Below, in pieces: positions 56,462-64,000 of a stretch of DNA of 64,000 bases. The notes under the pieces were generated by a model. The model was given only the letters and a program-made list of their open reading frames with translations. It made no database searches and was not told the DNA's origin. Each line of letters begins with the position of its first letter. The stretch's first letter is position 1. This DNA comes from Escherichia coli. Lineage in GTDB: Bacteria > Pseudomonadota > Gammaproteobacteria > Enterobacterales > Enterobacteriaceae. The translations under genes were made by a program, and so were the position numbers. The stretch is from NCBI RefSeq assembly GCF_050320075.1, contig NZ_CP190018.1. One strand, 5' to 3'.

Positions 56462-59205
56462 AGGCGTTTACCTATGAACGTGTGAACACCCCGGCCGAGG
56501 CGGCACTTAGCGCTCAGCGCGTACCTGGCGCAAAATTTATCGCTGGCGGGACCAATCTGCTGGACCTGATGAAGCTGGAAATTGAAACGCCAACCCACCT
56601 TATCGATGTGAACGGGCTCGGGCTCGATAAGATTGAAGTGACCGACGCGGGTGGGCTGCGCATCGGCGCACTGGTACGGAACACCGACCTGGCGGCTCAC
56701 GAGCGCGTGCGTCGTGATTACGCGGTACTCTCCCGCGCCCTGCTCGCTGGCGCGTCTGGTCAGTTACGCAATCAGGCAACCACCGCAGGTAATCTGCTCC
56801 AGCGCACGCGCTGCCCCTATTTTTACGACACCAATCAGCCCTGCAATAAGCGCCTGCCCGGGAGCGGCTGCGCGGCACTTGAAGGCTTTAGCCGTCAGCA
56901 CGCGGTGGTAGGCGTAAGCGAAGCCTGCATTGCCACCCATCCGAGCGATATGGCGGTCGCAATGCGGTTGCTGGATGCGGTGGTGGAAACCATCACGCCG
57001 GAGGGAAAGACTCGCAGTATCACACTGGCTGATTTTTATCACCCTCCGGGAAAAACGCCGCACATTGAAACCGCCCTGCTTCCCGGTGAGCTTATCGTTG
57101 CGGTGACGTTACCTCCGCCGCTCGGCGGAAAACATATCTACCGCAAGGTGCGCGATCGCGCCTCCTACGCCTTTGCCCTGGTATCGGTCGCGGCGATTAT
57201 TCAGCCTGACGGCAGCGGGCGCGTCGCGCTGGGCGTACTGGCTGTCATTACCGCCAGTAACGCCGGGGCACTCGGCAAAGGCGACAAAAACACCGCCAGG
57301 CTGTTAGGCGGCCCCACTATTGAACACTATCATCAGGCCATTGCGCTGGTAGTGGCCGAGACCTTCGAACAGGCGCGAGCGGCGGCCTCGCTGGTGCAGG
57401 CGCACTATCGCCGTAATAAAGGAGCTTACTCCCTGGCGGACGAGAAACAGGCCGTCAGTCAGCCGCCGGAAGACACGCCCGATAAAAATGTTGGTGACTT
57501 TGACGGGGCTTTCACCTCCGCTGCGGTGAAGATTGATGCTACCTACACGACCCCGGACCAGAGCCATATGGCGATGGAGCCGCATGCCTCGATGGCCGTC
57601 TGGGATGGAAATAAGCTTACCCTCTGGACCTCAAATCAGATGATTGACTGGTGCCGCACCGATCTGGCAAAAACGCTGAAAGTGCCCGTGGAGAATGTGC
57701 GTATTATCTCCCCGTATATCGGCGGAGGGTTTGGCGGCAAGCTGTTCCTGAGAAGCGATGCGCTGCTGGCGGCCCTCGCCGCCCGTGCGGTGAAACGTCC
57801 GGTTAAAGTGATGCTCCCCCGCCCCACTATTCCCAATAACACCACGCACCGCCCCGCCACCCTTCAGCACTTGCGTATCGGTACTGACCAGAGCGGGAAA
57901 ATCACCGCTATCTCACATGAAAGCTGGTCCGGAAACCTGCCCGGCGGCACGCCGGAAACGGCGGTACAGCAAAGCGAATTTCTTTACGCAGGGGCGAATC
58001 GTCATACCGGCCTGCGGCTCGCCATGCTTGATTTGCCGGAAGGGAACGCCATGCGTGCGCCCGGCGAAGCCCCCGGTCTGATGGCGCTCGAAATCGCGAT
58101 CGATGAACTGGCGGAAAAAGCGGGCATCGATCCCGTCGAGTTTCGCATCCTGAATGACACTCAGGTTGACCCCGCCGATCCGACGCGCCGCTTCTCTCGC
58201 CGTCAGCTTATCGAGTGCTTGCGCACCGGAGCGGATAAATTTGGCTGGAAGCAGCGCAACGCCACACCCGGACAGGTACGCGACGGGGAGTGGCTAGTCG
58301 GCCACGGTGTTGCGGCGGGCTTTCGCAATAATCTGCTGGAAAAATCGGGTGCGTGGGTTCACCTGGAGCAAAACGGCACCGTTACCGTGGAAACGGACAT
58401 GACCGATATTGGCACTGGCAGCTACACCATTCTGGCCCAGACGGCAGCGGAAATGCTTGGCGTACCGCTGGAGCAGGTTGCGGTTCACCTCGGCGATTCC
58501 AGTTTCCCGGTTTCTGCGGGGTCTGGTGGACAATGGGGCGCGAATACCTCCACCTCCGGCGTTTACGCCGCCTGTGTGAAGCTTCGCGAAATGATTGCCT
58601 CGGCAGTCGGGTTTGATCCTGAGCAGTCGCAGTTTGCCGACGGCAAGATTACCAACGGTACCCGAAGCGCCACGCTACATGAGGCCACCGCAGGCGGCAG
58701 ACTGACAGCGGAAGAGAGCATTGAATTCGGAATACTGAGCAAGGAGTACCAGCAATCGACCTTTGCCGGGCATTTTGTGGAGGTCGGCGTGCATAGCGCG
58801 ACGGGAGAAGTTCGGGTCCGGCGTATGCTCGCCGTGTGCGCAGCGGGGCGCATTCTGAATCCGAAAACTGCACGCAGCCAGGTCATTGGCGCGATGACTA
58901 TGGGCATGGGCGCGGCACTGATGGAGGAGCTGGCGGTAGATGACCGTTTGGGCTACTTCGTTAATCACGATATGGCGGGGTATGAAGTGCCGGTTCATGC
59001 GGATATCCCAAAACAGGAGGTGATTTTCCTGGATGATACCGACCCCATCTCCTCCCCGATGAAGGCCAAAGGTGTCGGTGAGCTGGGCCTGTGCGGCGTG
59101 AGCGCGGCTATCGCCAACGCGGTGTATAACGCCACCGGTATTCGGGTACGGGATTATCCCATCACTCTGGATAAGCTGCTCGATAAGCTGCCGGATGTGG
59201 TTTAA
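56458..59205 (+). CDS. paoC: Apparent in-frame fusion of paoB (FAD subunit, truncated C-terminus) to paoC (molybdopterin subunit, truncated N-terminus), 915 aa
   Basis: The ORF starts with a CO-dehydrogenase-type FAD-binding domain ([13 protein letters not shown]...), overlapping the paoA stop. Around residue 250 (...[26 protein letters not shown]...) it passes directly into a molybdopterin-subunit sequence that runs to the end (...[14 protein letters not shown]). Junction is near 57228-57235. Confidence 0.7.
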   Translation: MKAFTYERVNTPAEAALSAQRVPGAKFIAGGTNLLDLMKLEIETPTHLIDVNGLGLDKIEVTDAGGLRIGALVRNTDLAAHERVRRDYAVLSRALLAGASGQLRNQATTAGNLLQRTRCPYFYDTNQPCNKRLPGSGCAALEGFSRQHAVVGVSEACIATHPSDMAVAMRLLDAVVETITPEGKTRSITLADFYHPPGKTPHIETALLPGELIVAVTLPPPLGGKHIYRKVRDRASYAFALVSVAAIIQPDGSGRVALGVLAVITASNAGALGKGDKNTARLLGGPTIEHYHQAIALVVAETFEQARAAASLVQAHYRRNKGAYSLADEKQAVSQPPEDTPDKNVGDFDGAFTSAAVKIDATYTTPDQSHMAMEPHASMAVWDGNKLTLWTSNQMIDWCRTDLAKTLKVPVENVRIISPYIGGGFGGKLFLRSDALLAALAARAVKRPVKVMLPRPTIPNNTTHRPATLQHLRIGTDQSGKITAISHESWSGNLPGGTPETAVQQSEFLYAGANRHTGLRLAMLDLPEGNAMRAPGEAPGLMALEIAIDELAEKAGIDPVEFRILNDTQVDPADPTRRFSRRQLIECLRTGADKFGWKQRNATPGQVRDGEWLVGHGVAAGFRNNLLEKSGAWVHLEQNGTVTVETDMTDIGTGSYTILAQTAAEMLGVPLEQVAVHLGDSSFPVSAGSGGQWGANTSTSGVYAACVKLREMIASAVGFDPEQSQFADGKITNGTRSATLHEATAGGRLTAEESIEFGILSKEYQQSTFAGHFVEVGVHSATGEVRVRRMLAVCAAGRILNPKTARSQVIGAMTMGMGAALMEELAVDDRLGYFVNHDMAGYEVPVHADIPKQEVIFLDDTDPISSPMKAKGVGELGLCGVSAAIANAVYNATGIRVRDYPITLDKLLDKLPDVV

Positions 59206-59214
59206 GGAGGAACA

Positions 59215-60168
59215 ATGTCATACTCGCTTTTTGACAAAGACGAGCACTGGCATAAGCCAGAGCAGGCGTTTCTCACCGATGACCACCGGGCCATTCTGCG
59301 CTTCGCCGTAGAGGCGCTAATGTCCAGTAAAGGAGCGGTGCTGGTGACGCTGGTGGAAATACGCGGCGGCGCGGCGCGCCCGCTCGGGGCGCAGATGGTG
59401 GTGCGCGAAGATGGTCATTACTGCGGTTTTGTCTCTGGCGGCTGCGTGGAGGCCGCTGCCGCTTTTGAAGCGCTGGAGATGATGGGCTCAGGCCGCGATC
59501 GCGAAATTCGCTATGGTGAAGGTTCGCCGTGGTTTGACATCGTTCTGCCCTGCGGCGGTGGGATCACGCTGACGCTCCATAAACTACGCTCGGCACAACC
59601 TCTGCTCGCCGTGCTGAACCGCCTGGAACAGAGAAAACCGGCGGGTCTGCGCTACGATCCGCAAGCACAATCGTTGGTGTGCCTGCCCACGCAAACCCGG
59701 ACGGGCTGGAATCTCAATGGCTTTGAGGTGGGGTTCAGACCATGCGTCAGGCTGATGATTTACGGACGTTCTCTTGAGGCGCAGGCAACCGCGAGTCTTG
59801 CAGCAGCCACAGGCTATGACAGCCATATCTTCGATCTTTTTCCGGCCTCAGCCAGCGCTCAGATCGATACCGATACGGCGGTCATTTTGCTGTGCCATGA
59901 TCTCAACCGGGAACTGCCAGTGTTGCAGGCCGCGCGAGAAGCAAAACCCTTTTATCTCGGCGCATTGGGCAGCTATCGAACCCACACTTTACGTCTGCAA
60001 AAGCTCCACGAGCTGGGATGGTCCAGGGAGGAGACAGAGCAAATCCGGGCACCTGTCGGGATATTCCCCAAAGCCCGGGATGCGCATACTCTGGCCCTTT
60101 CCGTACTGGCAGAAGTCGCCGCTGTACGTCTCCGTCAGGAGGATTCATGCCTGCCCCCATCGTCCTGA
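59215..60168 (+). CDS. paoD: XdhC-like molybdenum-cofactor insertion chaperone, 317 aa
   Basis: XdhC/CoxI-family architecture. Follows paoC after 9 nt with a GGAGG ribosome-binding site. Confidence 0.8.
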   Translation: MSYSLFDKDEHWHKPEQAFLTDDHRAILRFAVEALMSSKGAVLVTLVEIRGGAARPLGAQMVVREDGHYCGFVSGGCVEAAAAFEALEMMGSGRDREIRYGEGSPWFDIVLPCGGGITLTLHKLRSAQPLLAVLNRLEQRKPAGLRYDPQAQSLVCLPTQTRTGWNLNGFEVGFRPCVRLMIYGRSLEAQATASLAAATGYDSHIFDLFPASASAQIDTDTAVILLCHDLNRELPVLQAAREAKPFYLGALGSYRTHTLRLQKLHELGWSREETEQIRAPVGIFPKARDAHTLALSVLAEVAAVRLRQEDSCLPPSS

Positions 60169-60254
60169 TCCTCGCGGCGGGGCGTGGGGAGCGCTTCCTC
60201 ACCTCCGGGGGAAATACCCATAAATTAAGAGAAAAATCTGCAGTAGCCGTTTAA
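60150..60254 (+). pseudogene. 35-codon remnant resembling the N-terminus of a MobA/MocA-type molybdenum-cofactor nucleotidyltransferase
   Basis: MPAPIVLILAAGRGERFLTSGGNTHKL carries the LAAGxGxRF nucleotide-binding motif of that family, then stops after 35 codons. Overlaps the paoD 3' end. Confidence 0.4.
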
Positions 60255-60346
60255 GAAAATCACCTAAATCGTTTAAAAGAGCGCCCAACCCATAGTGGGC
60301 GCTTATCGCCTTGTGAAACTTATTCAGCAACGCGCGCCTCGCCGGA

Positions 60347-61540
60347 CTAAAGCGCACCGGCCTTCTGGCGTGCGGTAACAAAGGTCAGTACGCCAGCGCA
60401 AAGGAGCAGCACGCTACTCATAGCAAACGTGCTCTGCCAGCCAAGGCGGTCAAACACAATGCCTCCTGCCGTTGATCCAAGGGCGATGGCGAGCTGAATC
60501 ACCGCGACCATGAGCCCGCCTCCAGCTTCGGCGTTGTCAGGCAACGTACGCGCAATCCATGTCCACCATCCGGTTGGCGCGGCGGTGGCCAGCATGCCCC
60601 AGAGTCCTAACAGCAGCGAGACCGTCCAGACGTGATGCCCGGTAAGCATCAGACCGATGGCAATGACGGCCATCAGTCCGGGTATGGCCATCAGCGTGGG
60701 GTAGAATTTTCTGTTGAGAAATGCCGAAACAACCAGCGTGCCAATAAAACCGGCCACGCCGATAATCAGCAAAATCGACGACAAGCCTAAGGAATTAACC
60801 CGTGTCACCGACTCCAGAAACGGGCGCACATAGGTGAATAGCGCAAACTGCCCCATGAAAAACAGGCCACAAGCTATCATGCCGACCACAACCATGCGGC
60901 GGCTAAATAAGCGGAATACCGCGCCACATGAAGTGTGGCTTTTATTCGCATCCATGCTTGGCAGGCTGATGCACTGCCAGATAAAGGCGACAACCGCGAT
61001 GGGCACCAGGCACAAGAAAGCGCCTCGCCATCCGACCGTAGCCCCCAGATAGCTTCCCAGCGGTGCGGCCACGACCGTCGCCAGCGCATTACCGGCGTTG
61101 AAAATTGCCAGCGCACGCGTGACCTGATGCTGCGGCACCAGACGAATCGCCGTTGCCGCTGACATCGACCAGAATCCGCCAATAGCCACACCAATCATCG
61201 CACGACCGACCATATACATCAGATAACTGGAAGCCAGCGCAATAATAAGCCCCGATACGGCCATCAGAACCGTCATCCCCAGCTGCAGGAACTTACGATT
61301 CATCTTTCCAGCTAGCGTTGAAAGCGTCAGGCTGGTCAGAACCGCCAGCGCGCCGGAGATAGCAATCCCCTGCCCTGCCAGCCCCTCCGTCACGCCTAAA
61401 TCGCGGGTAATCGGCGTGAGCAGGCTGACGGGCATAAATTCAGAAGCAATCAGCACAAACACGCACAGGGTCATGGCAAAAATACCGCCCCAGTATGCGC
61501 GCTGATGATGAGGTGATAGTGTTTGGCTTAGTGTCGACAT
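60347..61540 (-). CDS. MFS-family transporter (12 predicted helices), 397 aa
   Basis: Hydrophobic throughout, with MFS-like repeats. The stem-loop AGCGCCCA...TGGGCGCT at 60281-60304 just beyond the stop may terminate it. Confidence 0.75.
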   Translation of the reverse strand: MSTLSQTLSPHHQRAYWGGIFAMTLCVFVLIASEFMPVSLLTPITRDLGVTEGLAGQGIAISGALAVLTSLTLSTLAGKMNRKFLQLGMTVLMAVSGLIIALASSYLMYMVGRAMIGVAIGGFWSMSAATAIRLVPQHQVTRALAIFNAGNALATVVAAPLGSYLGATVGWRGAFLCLVPIAVVAFIWQCISLPSMDANKSHTSCGAVFRLFSRRMVVVGMIACGLFFMGQFALFTYVRPFLESVTRVNSLGLSSILLIIGVAGFIGTLVVSAFLNRKFYPTLMAIPGLMAVIAIGLMLTGHHVWTVSLLLGLWGMLATAAPTGWWTWIARTLPDNAEAGGGLMVAVIQLAIALGSTAGGIVFDRLGWQSTFAMSSVLLLCAGVLTFVTARQKAGAL

Positions 61541-61615
61541 AGTGAAATTTCACAAAGATCAGGATAAAAGCCACCAGCCTATGGCCGGTGGCTTTGCATC
61601 AATTCAGGAGAGGTT

Positions 61616-62752
61616 TTATTTCAGTTTGGTCTGGAAAAATTGTTCGAACTTCGCGAAAGGTATTTTTCCGGCCACGTTATCGTACAGGTCCACGTGATTT
61701 GCCCCTGGTACCACCACCAACTCTTTGTCTTTACTGCCAACCGCCTTGTAAGCATCTTCAGCAAAATAGCGTGAATGTGCTTTCTCACCGGTCACAATCA
61801 GCGTCGGAATGGTGATTTCACTGGCGTAGCTCAACAGCGGCATATTCATAAATGACAGCGGCATCGTTGCCGTCCACGCCCCGGTAGAGTTAACGGAACG
61901 TTCGTGGAAGCCGCGCGGCATGCGATAGTAGTCAAAGAACTCTTTCAGTACCGGATGAGGATTTGCCGGCAGCGTTTCTGGCAGAATGCGCTCGCCCGCA
62001 CTGACCTTGCCGTTGCTGTCGACATTAATATCATGACCACCGTGAGCGAACGTTCCGCTCTGCGCATCCTTCCAGCGCTGTTCATTCAGATATTGCAGAA
62101 CAGCACGACGGTCGGCGGTAGAATAACGGTCTTTGCCATCCCCCACACCATGGCCCATCGCCCGGCTCATGTCATACATCACGCTGGTAGCTACCGCTTT
62201 AACGCGGGTATCCATCGCCGCGTCGTTCAGCGCCATGCCGCCCCAGCCACAAATACCGAGCAGCCCGATACGGTTGCGATCTACCTCTTTTTGCAGCCCT
62301 AAGAAATCCACTGCCGCGCTGAAATCTTCAGTGTTGATATCCGGTGAGGCGACGTTTCGCGGATAGCCGCCGCTTTCCCCGGTGTAAGAAGGATCGAACG
62401 CCAGGGTAACAAACCCTCGTTCCGCCAGCGTCTGCGCATACAGGCCGCTGGATTGCTCTTTCACCGCGCCAAATGGCCCACTGACCGCAATCGCCGCCAG
62501 CTTGCGATCGCCACGGTCTTTAGGCAGGTAAAGATCGCCCACTAAGGTGATGCCATATCGGTTCGGGAACGAGACTTTACGGTGATCGACTTTCTGGCTC
62601 TCGGCGAACGTTTTATCCCATTTATCTGTCATGGACACAGGGGCATTAGGATTGGTTGAATCAGCATAACTCATTGTCGTGACTCCACTTAATGATGCGA
62701 AAAGCAGCATGGTCGGCATCGCGGTTTTTAGCGTGCGGGTGAAGGCTTTCAT
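61616..62752 (-). CDS. Secreted alpha/beta-fold hydrolase (dienelactone-hydrolase-like), about 378 aa
   Basis: Signal peptide MKAFTRTLKTAMPTMLLFASLSGVTTMSYA. Shares motifs with the cytoplasmic paralogue at 42414..43334 (LGICGWGG, YYRMPRG, VVVPGANHVDLYD). Confidence 0.65.
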   Translation of the reverse strand: MKAFTRTLKTAMPTMLLFASLSGVTTMSYADSTNPNAPVSMTDKWDKTFAESQKVDHRKVSFPNRYGITLVGDLYLPKDRGDRKLAAIAVSGPFGAVKEQSSGLYAQTLAERGFVTLAFDPSYTGESGGYPRNVASPDINTEDFSAAVDFLGLQKEVDRNRIGLLGICGWGGMALNDAAMDTRVKAVATSVMYDMSRAMGHGVGDGKDRYSTADRRAVLQYLNEQRWKDAQSGTFAHGGHDINVDSNGKVSAGERILPETLPANPHPVLKEFFDYYRMPRGFHERSVNSTGAWTATMPLSFMNMPLLSYASEITIPTLIVTGEKAHSRYFAEDAYKAVGSKDKELVVVPGANHVDLYDNVAGKIPFAKFEQFFQTKLK

Positions 62753-62938
62753 AAAAATCCCCATAAAAAACAACAGAGAGATACAGGTTTCCGACGGACA
62801 ACGCTGCGGTGCTTTACTTTGATGGGGTCATTATAGTGAGCAGAATTAGTGCTGATTAGGGGGCGATTAATGCTAAGATTAATACCATATTGTTATAAAT
62901 TAATGTGGAGATTGCCGGCATGAAGGGGGGATGTTTCA

Positions 62939-63823
62939 ATGGCGAAAAGGGAGAACTACAACGAGCTGTACCTGTTTATGCAGGTGGTGCGGGAAGGCAG
63001 CTTTACCGCAGCGGCTCAGCGGCTGGGTCTTGCTCAGTCAGGAGTCAGCCGTTCTGTTCGCGAGCTTGAAGAAAGGCTGGGTGTCCAGCTGCTAGTGCGC
63101 ACCACGCGTAAACTGTCGCTGACACAAGCAGGCGAGCAGCTCTACCAGAAGACGGCATCTGGATTTGAAATGTTAGATCTTGGGCTTGCCACGCTGGCGC
63201 ATTATCGAGAGACGCCCTCCGGCACGGTGCGTATCAATGCCAGCCAGCACGCGATTGATAAATGCCTGCTGCCAAAGCTGGCGGTATTTAAACAGAGATA
63301 TCCTGATATCCGGCTTGAACTGATAAATGAGAGCCGGTTCGTCGATATCATCGAGGAAAGATTCGATGCAGGTGTCCGCCTGGGGCCTGAAGTCGGCCAG
63401 GGTATGGTCGCGGTACGCATCACGCCCGATATGGAGATGGCAATTGTGGGGACTCCGGAACATTTTCGTCGCTATGGTTTTCCGCAAACCCCGGCGGATT
63501 TAAAGGCGCATCCCTGTATCGCCTATCAGTTTGCCGACGGCAGCGTATACCAGTGGGAACTCAATCAGGATGATAAAAAAATCACTCATCGCCCTGAAGG
63601 GCAATGGGCCCTATCCGACAGCTATATGGAAGCAGAAGCCGCCCGGCTGGGCCTCGGATTGGCCTATGTTCCTGTTGAACTGGTCGCGGATGATTTAGAA
63701 CACGGTAAGCTTATCAGGGTGTTGCAGCGTTACAGCCTGCGAATGGAGGGATTGTTTCTCTATTACCCTCATCGCAACGTCTCCCCCGCCCTGCGGATGG
63801 TCATTGATACATTGAAAATCTGA
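62939..63823 (+). CDS. LysR-family transcriptional regulator, 294 aa
   Basis: HTH LYLFMQVVREGSFTAAAQRLGLAQSGVSRSVRELEERLG. Divergent from the hydrolase/MFS genes. Confidence 0.8.
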   Translation: MAKRENYNELYLFMQVVREGSFTAAAQRLGLAQSGVSRSVRELEERLGVQLLVRTTRKLSLTQAGEQLYQKTASGFEMLDLGLATLAHYRETPSGTVRINASQHAIDKCLLPKLAVFKQRYPDIRLELINESRFVDIIEERFDAGVRLGPEVGQGMVAVRITPDMEMAIVGTPEHFRRYGFPQTPADLKAHPCIAYQFADGSVYQWELNQDDKKITHRPEGQWALSDSYMEAEAARLGLGLAYVPVELVADDLEHGKLIRVLQRYSLRMEGLFLYYPHRNVSPALRMVIDTLKI

Positions 63824-64000
63824 ACGTTAACAACGACCGACTCTTCACTGTGCAAAATTGTGTCAGGTAGTCCCTCTGCGTTCAATTCCAGGGTCTGCTT
63901 TGAGCGAGAAAGAGGGGACTATCCAGCAATGGAGATCACCCAAAAGAAAAAACCACCTGGCTCCCTCGACAACCTTCATCCGGGCATTTAGCCTCAATCA

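Noticed and set aside
56458-59205. Reading the 915-aa ORF as an ordinary single-subunit molybdoenzyme.
   Set aside because: Its N-terminal part is a separate-subunit FAD-binding domain and its C-terminal part a molybdopterin subunit, both truncated relative to the expected PaoB and PaoC; a deletion fusion explains this better.
63861-63925. Possible tRNA or tRNA-like attachment site (GTTCAATTCC resembles a T-arm) with an imperfect long-loop inverted repeat TAGTCCCTCT...AGAGGGGACTA.
   Set aside because: No acceptor stem, anticodon arm or CCA end could be assembled by eye; it needs tRNAscan-SE or Infernal to settle.

Overview
This window reads as an Escherichia coli chromosomal segment, in reverse orientation to the K-12 map and in a non-K-12 configuration. 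Gene order: an accessory LsrB/RbsB-type sugar ABC transporter whose binding-protein gene is split by an intact IS150; an ASCH-domain gene; the yahJ-yahI-yahG-yahF-yahE-yahD cluster with yahC, yahB and pdeL(yahA); betT / betI-betB-betA; ykgH; ykgGFE; rclR / rclABC; an aldo-keto reductase and an AraC/GyrI regulator; a full-length eaeH/fdeC adhesin; a block of two aldo-keto reductases, two LysR regulators, an alpha/beta hydrolase and an Old-Yellow-Enzyme reductase; ykgR; Zur-box ykgM-ykgO; ecpRABCDE; ykgJ; yagU; paoA, a paoB-paoC fusion ORF and paoD; then an MFS transporter, a secreted hydrolase and a LysR gene. Identification rests on reading the supplied translations (N-termini, motifs, protein lengths) and on remembered E. 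coli gene order; no database search was run. No CRISPR array, tRNA or rRNA was recognised. I found no obvious defence or toxin system. The most notable observations are: (1) the cryptic yahEFG-yahI-yahJ module, which looks like a paralogue of the allantoin-associated fdrA-ylbE-ylbF-carbamate kinase set; (2) a 915-aa ORF that appears to be an in-frame paoB-paoC deletion fusion; (3) a single in-frame TAG splitting betI; (4) IS150 inactivating an accessory ABC transporter; (5) a redox/electrophile-detoxification gene block around an intact eaeH, next to rclRABC.
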